Below are positions 9,695 to 19,494 of a DNA stretch of 64,000 nucleotides, one piece after another. Both the position numbers and the translations under genes were made by a program. Within the stretch, counting starts at the first letter, position 1, and each line of letters begins with the position of its first letter. The notes under the pieces were generated by a model, which had not been told where the DNA came from, ran no database searches, and saw only the letters and a list, made by a program, of their open reading frames with translations. The stretch spans positions 64,001-128,000 of IMG/VR virus record IMGVR_UViG_3300033555_000001. One strand, given 5' to 3'. Origin of the DNA: a virus. Lineage: Duplodnaviria > Caudoviricetes.

Positions 9695-9894
9695 GCGCGT
9701 TTATTGCTGGACTTGAGCGTGATGCCCTAAAAACTGCGTGGCAAACTTATATCATCAAGCACGGATTTGAAACAATTCAAGTGCTGGTGCCTCTTGAGCG
9801 TACTGCGCAATTTGAAGAACACCTTCCATCTTCGCTTTCTTCTAAACAAGCAGTTCTGTCGTTCGTGCGTGAGCACGGCGGCGAACCAATCTAA
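9691..9894 (+). CDS. Hypothetical protein
   Basis: ATGA overlap. Confidence 0.7.
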   Translation: MSAFIAGLERDALKTAWQTYIIKHGFETIQVLVPLERTAQFEEHLPSSLSSKQAVLSFVREHGGEPI

Positions 9895-9902
9895 GAGGTC
9901 GT

Positions 9903-10511
9903 ATGGCGATCCCATTAAATCTCACACAGCTTTTTAGCAATAATGCCGTCAGTCTTTTAGTTGCCCCAATCTCTGAGCAGAGTACATCGCTTGAGGTAAT
10001 GGCAGGAATGGGCGAATCATTTCCTTCTCCAGGCTCAGGTGAATATTTTTTAATTACACTTGAAGATCAGGCAGCTACCCGCCGCGAAATTATCAAAGTT
10101 ACTGGTCGCGCTGGTGATATTCTTACTTTTGATCTTGCCGACCGCGGGTTAGAGGATACCGAAATAGCTGCTTGGTCAAGTGGCCTGGGCAATGACACAC
10201 TGGTTGATCACAGAATTACCGCTGGCACACTGCGCCGAGCAGCACAGCTGCCACTGGCTCAGTTTACCCCGGGTCAACAATCATTTAATCAGAATTATAC
10301 TCTTATTCCCGGAGCACAAACTGTGCTTGAACTTGAGATCAATATTGCCCCTGGCAGCTCTTGCCTCTATGTGGGTGGTCTCAGACAAAAACTAAACGTG
10401 GATTACGCAGAATCAGCGCCAAACAAATTAACTTTAGCTTATTCGCTGTCAGCTGAAGACATTGCACTTGGCCAGCACATCACCATTGACTTTGTACCAA
10501 TGGCGTCTTAA
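9903..10511 (+). CDS. Virion fibre/adaptor-associated structural protein
   Basis: FPSP-YFLITLED-REIIKVTGRAGDILT-RGLEDT motif; C-terminal LYVGGLRQ-DY domain. Confidence 0.65.
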   Translation: MAIPLNLTQLFSNNAVSLLVAPISEQSTSLEVMAGMGESFPSPGSGEYFLITLEDQAATRREIIKVTGRAGDILTFDLADRGLEDTEIAAWSSGLGNDTLVDHRITAGTLRRAAQLPLAQFTPGQQSFNQNYTLIPGAQTVLELEINIAPGSSCLYVGGLRQKLNVDYAESAPNKLTLAYSLSAEDIALGQHITIDFVPMAS

Positions 10512-10515
10512 CCCA

Positions 10516-10521
10516 TAAATA
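10516..10521 (+). promoter_or_regulatory. Late promoter box TAAATA
   Basis: Intergenic caTAAATAg followed by AAGGA RBS. Confidence 0.75.
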
Positions 10522-10547
10522 GCACGATCACTTAATAAGGAATTAAC

Positions 10548-11960
10548 ATGGCACTGACTAAAATCCGTGGTAATACGCAGATCCTTGATCTTAGCGTAAC
10601 CAATACACAAATTGCTGTAAAAGACGCGCAGAATCCGCTCGGTATTCTGCTCTCAAAAATTGAAGATGGCGAGCTGCTTGTTAAAAGTAATGGCTCAGTG
10701 CCATTTACTGCTCCAGTGTCTGGCGTTGTGCCAACGCTTAACACCCACCTGGCAACAAAGGGCTATGTTGATGGCGTTGCACAGGGTCTTGACATTAAGC
10801 GCTCGGTACGCGTTGTTACACAGGCAAACGTTATTCTGAGTGGAACGCAAACGGTTGACGGTGTTGCGCTTGCTGCAGGCGATCGCGTGTTGGTTGCTGG
10901 ACAAACTGTTGTTAGCGAAAACGGCATCTACACCGTTGGAACTGGTGTATGGGCTCGCGCAGAAGATGCTGACAACACACCAGCCGGAGAAGTAACCTCG
11001 GGCATGTTTACGTTTGTTGAAGAAGGCACCGTTTACGCCAGTTCAGGCTGGGTGCTAACCGCTGCAAACCCAATAGCGCTGGGAACAACTGATCTGACAT
11101 TTGCTCAGTTCTCTCAAGCCGGTGTTTTTATCGGCGGTGCTGGTCTTACTAAGCTTGGAAATACCATTGATGTGGTTTCCGCAAACGGCGGTATTGTTGT
11201 TAGCACTGACAATATTGCTCTTACGTTAGACGGCACTACTCTGGCAGTTGGCGCCACAGGTCTTAAGCTTGCAGACGTTGGCGCTGGCCAGGTACTAGTA
11301 GGCGATGGCGTTGGTCATGCACGTGGCGTAACAATTACCGGTGATATCACAATTGACCAAGCAGGCGTTGCTGTATTGACTGCTGGCTCCGTAGATGGTA
11401 ACGCAGTTGCTAATGGCTCACTGGCTCTGGCTAAGCTTGCCAGCGGTGGAGCTGGCCAATTAGTAGTTGTTGGCGCTGATGGAGTTCCTGCTTATACCAC
11501 TCTCTCAGGTGACGCAACAATTTCGGCAACTGGCTCGTTGCAACTTGGTGCTGGTTCAGTTAGTACAGTTGAACTCGCTGACGCCGCAGTAACACTTGCT
11601 AAGCTCACGCCTCTTGCTGTAGGCCAGGTTATTATCGGCACAACTGGTGGTACTAACACTGCAGTCACGTTAAGTGGTGACGTAACTATTACCGAAGCCG
11701 GAGTGGTGGTAATAAACGCAGCAACTGTTGTTAGAGTTGCAGATATTGTTACTCGTGAAATTCCAACCGGTATAGTAAACGGTATCAACGACACGTTCGT
11801 ACTGGCGTTTGCTCCAAAGGTCGGAAAAGAAACAGTATTCGTGAATGGCATCATGCAGGATTCAGGCGCTGGTAACGATTACACAATCACCGCCGACACA
11901 ATTACTATGCTGTATGCACTTACGGCTGGTGATAAAATCCGCGTGTCGTATTTCAAGTAA
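10548..11960 (+). CDS. Fibre-like structural protein with (S/T)GD(V/A/I)TI repeats
   Basis: Gly/Ala/Thr/Val-rich; ATKGYVD, GDRVLVAGQ-ENGIY; repeats TGDITID, SGDATIS, SGDVTIT; C-terminal VFVNGIMQ-DY domain. Confidence 0.8.
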   Translation: MALTKIRGNTQILDLSVTNTQIAVKDAQNPLGILLSKIEDGELLVKSNGSVPFTAPVSGVVPTLNTHLATKGYVDGVAQGLDIKRSVRVVTQANVILSGTQTVDGVALAAGDRVLVAGQTVVSENGIYTVGTGVWARAEDADNTPAGEVTSGMFTFVEEGTVYASSGWVLTAANPIALGTTDLTFAQFSQAGVFIGGAGLTKLGNTIDVVSANGGIVVSTDNIALTLDGTTLAVGATGLKLADVGAGQVLVGDGVGHARGVTITGDITIDQAGVAVLTAGSVDGNAVANGSLALAKLASGGAGQLVVVGADGVPAYTTLSGDATISATGSLQLGAGSVSTVELADAAVTLAKLTPLAVGQVIIGTTGGTNTAVTLSGDVTITEAGVVVINAATVVRVADIVTREIPTGIVNGINDTFVLAFAPKVGKETVFVNGIMQDSGAGNDYTITADTITMLYALTAGDKIRVSYFK

Positions 11961-11982
11961 TAAGCAATAAGCAGTAGAGATG

Positions 11983-12007
11983 GGGCGGCGTGTTATGCCG
12001 CCCTTTT
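11983..12007 (+). terminator. Intrinsic terminator
   Basis: GGGCGGC/GCCGCCC stem followed by TTTT. Confidence 0.8.
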
Positions 12008-12047
12008 ATGCAACACCTAATTCTAGCCATTAAGACAGAGGACAGCA

Positions 12048-15000
12048 GTGCGTACACAGATCCCAGGCAAGCAAATTCTTGATTCGACGGTCGATACCGC
12101 CGATCTAAAAGACACCGCTGTAACTGATGCTAAGCTATCAGATAGTGGCGTACTTCCAGGCGCGTACACAAAAGTTACCGTCGGCCAAAAGGGCCGTGTG
12201 ACGCTTGGGGAAAACCCGACTACTATAGCTGGATACGGTATTACTGATGCAGTTTCAGAAACTGATCCACGGTTCTTGATTTCTGTTATTACCGCCAAGC
12301 ATGAAGCTGGTAACCCATTGCACCGTCATTTGCACGGTACCCCCAATCAAATTATAACTACAGATGCAGGGCCTGGTCTCTCGCTCGATGTAGGTATTGC
12401 GCCTAACCCAATCATTCCTGGATCTGGCGGTCTTACTTTGCCGATAGGTACAACAGTAGAAAGACTCACTGGTACCAACGGTATGATCAGGTTTAACTCT
12501 GATTCACTCGAAGCTGAAATTTTTAGAGCCGAGTGGGACGCCGTAGTTATGAGCTCGGATAATAGGTTAGCGCCCGGCCAAACACTGATCGTGTCAAAAT
12601 TGCCGGGCAAGGGACAATTTTCCTCTATTGGCGCAGCGCTGGCCTCTATTACCGATAACAGTACGACCAAGCGATACACCATTAAAGTGCGTGCAGGAAC
12701 CTACATTGAATCAACTCTAACAATGAAGCGCTGGGTTTCAGTTGTTGGTGATTCAGGCTCCAGCACAGTTATTGAAAATAGCAATCCTGACTCGCACTTG
12801 ATTATGGGCGCTAATGACGCCAGGGTGCAAGGCGTTACACTAACCGGATCTACGGGAACCGGATTTGCAGCGGTGTATTTTAAAGACGCACCTGAGAATA
12901 CAAGCACTCGCATTATGTTGGTTGAGAATGTTACATTTGGCGCTAACTACCGGCACATGCACGTTGTTTCAACGGGTTCTATTACCGCCATTTTTGCAAT
13001 GACTTGTTTATTCGGCGGCACAGCCGTGTATAATCAGGCGCTTGTTGCTGAATCTTCTAATAATGGCTTTGCGCGAATCTTCTTAAAGAGCGGGCAGACT
13101 GCCAGCGCGACAGCGCCACTGCCGCAGGAATTTGCATATGCGACAGGTAAAGGCGCTGAGCTTGTCATGTCCGCGTGTCTGATTAGAATTTCTACATCAA
13201 CTCCGTCTGGTAAAGGCGTAAGAGTTAGGGATGGAGGTCTTATTAGGATAAGCGGCGTAACCATGCGCGGCTTTGAAATTGGAATCTTTGCCGAGAACGC
13301 CGGTGTTGCTCCCACCGTACAGTGCTATAACGTAGGTATGGAATCCAACACCACAGATTTGATGTTTGATCATCCGGGTACAGTTGGCACTTATTTTGGT
13401 ACGGCGGATCGCACTAAGGTAATAGATAATTCTGGAAAAGTGTCTATTTTGTACCTGGATCCCGTTGATCCAGGTATCAATATTGTGGGTTCTCTTAACA
13501 TTGGCACCACTGCATCTGCACTGACAAACGTAACAGATTTAATTTTAAAAACACCAGCGCTCGGCGTGCTCTCAGGCGGAATTATTTCTAGAGCCAGTGG
13601 GCTAGTAGTAGATGTTACTGGTGGCAAAGGGTACCTGTGGGCTAACAGCATGGTCAAGCGTGTTGTGTTTACCGGCGCGCAGTTTACAATTGCTGCAAGT
13701 ACTTCACCGTACATTTATGTGACCGAAGCTGGAATTATTGCATCGGCACTGTCTAAGCCCGATCCAACCACAACTATGTTAATCGGGCGCGTTGTGGCTG
13801 GAAGTTCAACTATCGCAACCTATGTAGATCTGCGGACGCGACTTGACGGGTGGGGAACAAACGTTGAACAGTACCTTAGAAATGTTATTGGCCCGGTGTT
13901 TATATCTGGTCAGACTGTAAGTGAAGGCACAGCACCGCTAAGCATAAACGTTTCTGCTGGTGTATGGAACTATGGAACACAGACCCGTCTGCCAAGCGAA
14001 ACTCTAGGTGGAGCGTTCTTTGACATGTCACGATCTGGTGGACAAGTTACTGTAATTGCGCGTACTACATTTAGCAATACTACAAGAACCGGCGCTACTG
14101 ACGAAGTGCCGCTGACAGCTGGGTACTTTGCAAAACACACGCTCTTAACTGCGTCTGACGGAGCCGGGCAGGCTTATTTTGTACAGCACGCACGTACTGA
14201 ATACGCAACTCTTGCGGCAGCCGTTGCCGCCCCACTGGATGGATTCTTGCTGGTTCCTGACAGCTCCCCGCCAATCGCATCGATTATTGTACAGCAAGGC
14301 AATCCAAACATTGTGCAGATCATTGACCTGCGCCCGTTTGTTGGGGGTGCACGCAGCGTCAGCTCTGCGGGCGGCGTTACAGTGCACGGCGATTTACTGG
14401 GGCTCTCAGCTGATAATCATTTACAGTACTTGCGAGTAGATGGCGTCAGAGCAATGCTTGGTGATTTGAATTTAGGTGCTAATTCAATCACCAACGTTGG
14501 AACAGTAAATGGTATTTCAATTACTACTCACGCTAGCCGCCATCAACCAAATGGAGCAGACCCGCTCTCTACTGGATCAGCAGTTGGCATTAGCACGAGT
14601 ACAGTAAATGGAATTGGCGTTTCAAACGACTTAGCCAGAGCTGATCACACGCACGCTTTGACTGGAGTGCAAGCCAGCAGCCCGGTTCTTTCGGGTATTA
14701 CTGCGCTCTCTGGAAACGGAATAATTGTAAAGTCTGGTACTGGTGCGGTTACGCGATTAATTGCTGGCACCGCAGGCAGAGTAATACTCTCTAATGCTGA
14801 CGGCGTGCTTGGAGATCCAACGATTGATCTAAGCACAGTAATAGCACCGGGTACGTTTACTACCGTTGCGGTTGATGCGTACGGTCGCGTTACAAGTGGA
14901 AGCGCCACACAGGACTGGACAACAATTACTGGCACTCCAACAACTTTGGCCGGCTATGGCATTGCAAATGCACAACCGTTAGATGCAGATTTAACTGCCC

Positions 15001-16523
15001 TTGCGGCAATAGGCACTACTGGTTTTTACATAATTGCAGGAAACGGTGCCAGCGTAACAAGATCACTAGTGGCGCCAACTGATGGCATCTCAATTGCTAA
15101 TTCAACTGGCCTGGCAGGTGATCCAACATTTAGCCTTACAAATGATCTGGCTGCCGTTGAAGCACTGATAACCACCGGAATTGCGGTACGAACTGGTGCA
15201 GATTCGTGGGCCACGCGAATTATTGCCGGACCAACTAGCGGTATTACAGTATCAAATGGATCTGGTGTTGGTGGAAACCCAACGCTGAATCTTGTTAATG
15301 ACTTAGCAGCACTTGAAGGATTAACAACATTCGGTTTTGCTGTTCGCACCGCCGCAGATACCTGGGCTACGCGAGTTATAGGCGGTACAGCTGGTAATAT
15401 TTTAATTACTAACGGAACCGGCATCAGCGGTGATCTGAGCGTTAACTTATCAACAGTTGGAATTGCTGGATCTTACCACTCGGTCACAACTGACGCATTT
15501 GGGCGTGTTACTGCTGGTACAAACCCGACAACGTTAGCTGGCTATGGTATTACTGATGCACAAGGCCTTGATTCAGATCTGACTGCATTAGCAAATACTG
15601 CAACCACCGGCGCCTATACAATCACTGGTGCAGGCACCAGTGCAACTCGCGTACTTACAGCTGGATCAACAAAAGTTTCTGTTGTAAACGGTTCTGGCGT
15701 TGTTGGTAATCCTACAGTAGACATTGTTGAAACTAATTTGGTGCTGAATAATATCGGCGGCGTACTTAGCACGACAAAGGGCGGCACAGGCTTAGCGGTT
15801 ATTGGCGGTGCAAATTCGTTGCTTGGCGTCAATCTTGCTGGAACTGCGCTTGAGTACAGCGGTTTTACAACTGGCACAAACCTTGTTTTAACGCGCTCAG
15901 CAAATCTTTACAACTTAGTGATTGCGGATAATCCAGTTTTTACCGGAACGGCTGGTATTGTTGTTCCTGCCTCAACTACTGCTGCGCGAGCAAATACCAC
16001 TGGCGCGGTTCGGCTGAATACTACGGTTAGTCAGTTTGAGGGTTTTACTGGCACTCAATGGGTACCGCTTTCAACGGCTGCTTCAGTCACTCAGTACTTT
16101 AAAGGTTCTGTACCGCAGACATCTGGCACCTCAATTGTGCCGTACGGTAATACTGCTCCAACCATAACTCAAGGTACTCAACTCTGGTCGCAAACACTTA
16201 CTCCTTTCTCTAATTCTTCTTCGGTAGAAGTTGAATTTACTACCATTGGGGACTTGTCGAGCTCCTCTGCGTATATAATTTTGTCAGCATTCAGGGGTAA
16301 CACACTTATTGGTATGTCTGTTTTGGCTTCTGGCAAACTAGCTGGTGCAGACTTTACAAGCTCGTTTGTTATTCGGGTTATTGATATACCTGGCACAACT
16401 ACACCGGTAACTTATTCCGTTCGTGTGGGCGGATCAGTAGGTACGTGGTACGTGGGCCGTGGGCAGAACGCAACATTTGGTGGCACTAACCCAAGCTATT
16501 GGACTATAAAGGAATTCTCATGA
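12048..16523 (+). CDS. Long tail fibre with pectin-lyase-like beta-helix region
   Basis: FSSIGAAL-IKVRAGTYIE beta-helix cap; repeats D-YGRVT-G-PTTLAGYGI-DA and NDLAA-E; GTG start after GAGGA; followed by a fibre chaperone. Confidence 0.85.
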   Translation: MRTQIPGKQILDSTVDTADLKDTAVTDAKLSDSGVLPGAYTKVTVGQKGRVTLGENPTTIAGYGITDAVSETDPRFLISVITAKHEAGNPLHRHLHGTPNQIITTDAGPGLSLDVGIAPNPIIPGSGGLTLPIGTTVERLTGTNGMIRFNSDSLEAEIFRAEWDAVVMSSDNRLAPGQTLIVSKLPGKGQFSSIGAALASITDNSTTKRYTIKVRAGTYIESTLTMKRWVSVVGDSGSSTVIENSNPDSHLIMGANDARVQGVTLTGSTGTGFAAVYFKDAPENTSTRIMLVENVTFGANYRHMHVVSTGSITAIFAMTCLFGGTAVYNQALVAESSNNGFARIFLKSGQTASATAPLPQEFAYATGKGAELVMSACLIRISTSTPSGKGVRVRDGGLIRISGVTMRGFEIGIFAENAGVAPTVQCYNVGMESNTTDLMFDHPGTVGTYFGTADRTKVIDNSGKVSILYLDPVDPGINIVGSLNIGTTASALTNVTDLILKTPALGVLSGGIISRASGLVVDVTGGKGYLWANSMVKRVVFTGAQFTIAASTSPYIYVTEAGIIASALSKPDPTTTMLIGRVVAGSSTIATYVDLRTRLDGWGTNVEQYLRNVIGPVFISGQTVSEGTAPLSINVSAGVWNYGTQTRLPSETLGGAFFDMSRSGGQVTVIARTTFSNTTRTGATDEVPLTAGYFAKHTLLTASDGAGQAYFVQHARTEYATLAAAVAAPLDGFLLVPDSSPPIASIIVQQGNPNIVQIIDLRPFVGGARSVSSAGGVTVHGDLLGLSADNHLQYLRVDGVRAMLGDLNLGANSITNVGTVNGISITTHASRHQPNGADPLSTGSAVGISTSTVNGIGVSNDLARADHTHALTGVQASSPVLSGITALSGNGIIVKSGTGAVTRLIAGTAGRVILSNADGVLGDPTIDLSTVIAPGTFTTVAVDAYGRVTSGSATQDWTTITGTPTTLAGYGIANAQPLDADLTALAAIGTTGFYIIAGNGASVTRSLVAPTDGISIANSTGLAGDPTFSLTNDLAAVEALITTGIAVRTGADSWATRIIAGPTSGITVSNGSGVGGNPTLNLVNDLAALEGLTTFGFAVRTAADTWATRVIGGTAGNILITNGTGISGDLSVNLSTVGIAGSYHSVTTDAFGRVTAGTNPTTLAGYGITDAQGLDSDLTALANTATTGAYTITGAGTSATRVLTAGSTKVSVVNGSGVVGNPTVDIVETNLVLNNIGGVLSTTKGGTGLAVIGGANSLLGVNLAGTALEYSGFTTGTNLVLTRSANLYNLVIADNPVFTGTAGIVVPASTTAARANTTGAVRLNTTVSQFEGFTGTQWVPLSTAASVTQYFKGSVPQTSGTSIVPYGNTAPTITQGTQLWSQTLTPFSNSSSVEVEFTTIGDLSSSSAYIILSAFRGNTLIGMSVLASGKLAGADFTSSFVIRVIDIPGTTTPVTYSVRVGGSVGTWYVGRGQNATFGGTNPSYWTIKEFS

Positions 16524-17035
16524 TTGTTGATTACATTACGGTTCTTGCCACTAAGTTCAAAGGTGTCATTGCGTCTGCCACGGATGCTACAGTGTACGAA
16601 AATATTGTTGTTGACAGTAGTGGGCTGCCCCTTCCGTCAAAAGAAGATCTTGATGCGGCGGTGCGCGTTGCAACACGCGAAGAAATGTGGAAACTAATTC
16701 AGGCCGAGCGAGATAAACGCAGCCAGTCCGGTGGCTACAAGGTTGGCACAAATTGGTTTCACTCAGATCAGGCATCGCGCACGCAGCAAATTGCTCTTGT
16801 CATTCTTGGAGCAGGGTTACCGCCAGGAATTATGTGGAAAACCATGGGCGGTACTTTTGTCACTATGACTCAGCAACTCGCAGGTCAGATTTTTAGCACC
16901 GCCGTGCAAACTGATCAACAGATTTTTGCTGCGGCTGAACAGCACCGCGGTGCAATGGCATCAGTTGCAAATCCAGAAACGTATAACTACAAGACTGGTT
17001 GGCCACAGTCGTACGAAGATTCGCTGGCAGTATGA
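16520..17035 (+). CDS. DUF4376-type tail fibre assembly protein
   Basis: AERDKR-GGYKVGTNWFHSDQASR, WKTMGGTFV; ATGA overlap, start moved to 16520. Confidence 0.8.
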   Translation: MIVDYITVLATKFKGVIASATDATVYENIVVDSSGLPLPSKEDLDAAVRVATREEMWKLIQAERDKRSQSGGYKVGTNWFHSDQASRTQQIALVILGAGLPPGIMWKTMGGTFVTMTQQLAGQIFSTAVQTDQQIFAAAEQHRGAMASVANPETYNYKTGWPQSYEDSLAV

Positions 17036-17055
17036 GCCGTTTGAACTAATTTGTT

Positions 17056-17061
17056 TAAATA
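17056..17061 (+). promoter_or_regulatory. Late promoter box TAAATA
   Basis: Intergenic, within a GAACTA/TAGTTC inverted repeat. Confidence 0.65.
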
Positions 17062-17177
17062 GTTCACGCAGTGCAGGATAATTTACTGCGCACAAAGAAT
17101 CCAGAGTATGTGCCAATAAGGTTAGGTGTGTGCTTTATTTTTGCAATTAAATTAGTACGCGTATCAACAGGGTTTAA

Positions 17178-18404
17178 ATGAAATCTTACGGAGAACTTGA
17201 TTTTGAAGGTGGTGGTGGCATTATAGATCTTAGGATTCAGGTTGGCACGGCGTTTCCAACGGGGGTTGAAATAAAGGACGGCTATTTATTTTATCTTAAG
17301 ACCGGCATTATTGCAGATCCTTACGTGTATAGAAATAACACTTGGATTAAAATTCAGGTCAGTGACTTGAATTTAGATCAAGAAGTAAGAGCACTGTTAA
17401 TTCGCGGCGTGCTCTCTAATACCATCACAAATACAGCACAGCAAAAAATACTTCGCACACCAACCGCTGATGTGCCAGGTATGACGCTTACTCCCCGCGC
17501 AGGCTCACACTTAATAACGTTTAACTCGCAATACAAGAGCACCACCAAGGAAATAACCATGCAGGCTGTAGCAGATCTGTTAATGGCGTACACGTATTTG
17601 ATGGCCGTACCAAACACAAACACCACCCATACTGCAACATTTGGCAGCGGAGAAACACTAGACCCAGGCGTGTACCTTGTTGCGGCTGCTGGCTCACTAG
17701 CCGGGGTTTTAACGCTAGACGGCAAAAACAATCCAAACTCCGTGTTTATTTTTAAATTTGGCGGCGCTTTCTCAACAACTGCGACAGCGTCTGTTGTGCT
17801 GATTAACGGTGCGCAAGCGGCAAACGTATATTGGGTTGTTGAGGGTGCTGGCTCGTTAGGCGCCCTAAATAATTTTAAGGGCACTATGTTGGTTCACGAG
17901 GCGGCAGCATCGGCGGCTGACGGGTGTACTATTGAAGGCAGGCTGTTTTCAACGTCTGGAGCTGTTGCAATAACAAACGCAACTATTACTGTCCCGGTAC
18001 TGGGTCCCTTTTCTACACCAAGCTCGGATCTGGGGCTGTTAGAAACCTACGGCATCTTCACTAGCTTGGGCGCGATTTCAAACACTGGTGTAACTTCCAT
18101 AACGGGCGACATTGGCACTAATGGTGGGGCTATTGCAGGTTTTGAAGCTTCGACTATATCCGGCTCGATAACTATTCCTGGGATGAAGGCTGCACTGATT
18201 ACCCTAAGCGTGTATCAAAACAATGTTTTAATTGGTGACTCTGTTAGATTGCTTAATAGTGCTAGTGATGTTGGCGGTGCCGTGGCGCACTTGCAGACTA
18301 CTGCAAATATCCTGGCTGGGCAGAGCATAAGCTTAAAAATACGCGTGTTGTTAGGCGTCATAGAGCTTGGGAACAGAAATTTAACGGCAATAAAATTAGC
18401 GTAA
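17178..18404 (+). CDS. DUF3494 ice-binding-like domain protein (permuted)
   Basis: TLDPGVY, LTLDG-NPNSVFIF, LINGAQAANVYWVV, GRLFST-GAV, ISNTGVTSITGDIG. Confidence 0.85.
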   Translation: MKSYGELDFEGGGGIIDLRIQVGTAFPTGVEIKDGYLFYLKTGIIADPYVYRNNTWIKIQVSDLNLDQEVRALLIRGVLSNTITNTAQQKILRTPTADVPGMTLTPRAGSHLITFNSQYKSTTKEITMQAVADLLMAYTYLMAVPNTNTTHTATFGSGETLDPGVYLVAAAGSLAGVLTLDGKNNPNSVFIFKFGGAFSTTATASVVLINGAQAANVYWVVEGAGSLGALNNFKGTMLVHEAAASAADGCTIEGRLFSTSGAVAITNATITVPVLGPFSTPSSDLGLLETYGIFTSLGAISNTGVTSITGDIGTNGGAIAGFEASTISGSITIPGMKAALITLSVYQNNVLIGDSVRLLNSASDVGGAVAHLQTTANILAGQSISLKIRVLLGVIELGNRNLTAIKLA

Positions 18405-18429
18405 CTAGAAAAGATTAGGAGTTCTAGGT

Positions 18430-19077
18430 ATGAAAAAAATAATCATAAGAGCGTTTTCTAAAGTAGTAACAGCTATTGGCAAGGTAGAGTGGATGTCAAA
18501 GAGCCGGATTTCGGCATCGGATACTGATAAGATAAGAGATTTACTTACATCTAACTATTTTATTATCTTGACCCGTCGTCGCAATCACCTGAGCACGTAC
18601 TTTACTAACCTTGCTGATTTTGTGCTCAGCGGGCGTTGGGGTTACTGGTCGCATGCGCTAATGAACCTGGAAGACGAGGTTAAAAGAGACAGTGACTTTA
18701 AAATTGTGCCACTCTCCAAGACCGCGCTTATAGAGGCAACAAGTGCTGGAGTACATAAGACACCTTTTGAACAGGTGTTTGACGTGCACTCAGCTGTCCT
18801 GATGAAGCCTAAACTGATGCCGCTGGATCATTGGACGTTAATATTAGATCGCGGCAAAGAACAGCTTGGAAAGCCGTACGATACGCTGTTTAATATTGCA
18901 GACGCAAATTCTCTTAGCTGTGTAGAACTGGTACGCTATATATTGCAGGGCGAACCAAACTATGAAATAAATTTTGCTAACTTTGAAGCCCTTATTAAAA
19001 AGAGTAAAAACTTGTCGCCGCAGATGATATTTGACTGTGGTGATTTTGAAGTAGTGTTTGAAACAAGAGTTCGTTAA
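18430..19077 (+). CDS. Permuted papain-like NlpC/P60 enzyme (YiiX/YaeF family)
   Basis: WSHA (His), IEAT-GV, LGKPYD...LSCVELV (Cys after His). Confidence 0.85.
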   Translation: MKKIIIRAFSKVVTAIGKVEWMSKSRISASDTDKIRDLLTSNYFIILTRRRNHLSTYFTNLADFVLSGRWGYWSHALMNLEDEVKRDSDFKIVPLSKTALIEATSAGVHKTPFEQVFDVHSAVLMKPKLMPLDHWTLILDRGKEQLGKPYDTLFNIADANSLSCVELVRYILQGEPNYEINFANFEALIKKSKNLSPQMIFDCGDFEVVFETRVR

Positions 19078-19493
19078 TGGCAATTAATTACTGCACAGTT
19101 TCAGGTTCAACAATCAACACGTTCTGTAGTCCGCAGCGTGCGGCGGTGCTGGCCAGACTGATTGCAGTACTGCACCCAAGTATTGAGCCGCCGATCTTAC
19201 GGCCCGCACACGTCGGCGGCGGTGGTGGGCTGGCTGGTAACCCGGTACGAAACGCGCCAGCTAATCAGCAAAGGTATGCGAACTACCAGCAGTCACCACG
19301 CTGGGAGCCACCGGTTATTTCACCTGAGAGTGACCGAATTATTGTTACCGCCAAATTTCAGAATTTAAGTGGAACTGATCAGCAAGACGTATTGCAGCGT
19401 TTGGATATTGTGTACGTAACTAACCTGCGTGTTGAAGCTGTCACGGTGGATGTAAATATTAACAACCTCACAGTAAATCATTCTCTAGACTAA
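19077..19493 (+). CDS. Hypothetical protein
   Basis: TAATG coupling with the previous stop. Confidence 0.7.
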   Translation: MAINYCTVSGSTINTFCSPQRAAVLARLIAVLHPSIEPPILRPAHVGGGGGLAGNPVRNAPANQQRYANYQQSPRWEPPVISPESDRIIVTAKFQNLSGTDQQDVLQRLDIVYVTNLRVEAVTVDVNINNLTVNHSLD

Positions 19494-19494
19494 T

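Noticed and set aside
10695-17884. Numerous minus-strand ORFs over fibre genes (also over the polymerase, helicase and 59620-64000)
   Set aside because: Antisense shadows of biased codon usage; no RBS or motifs
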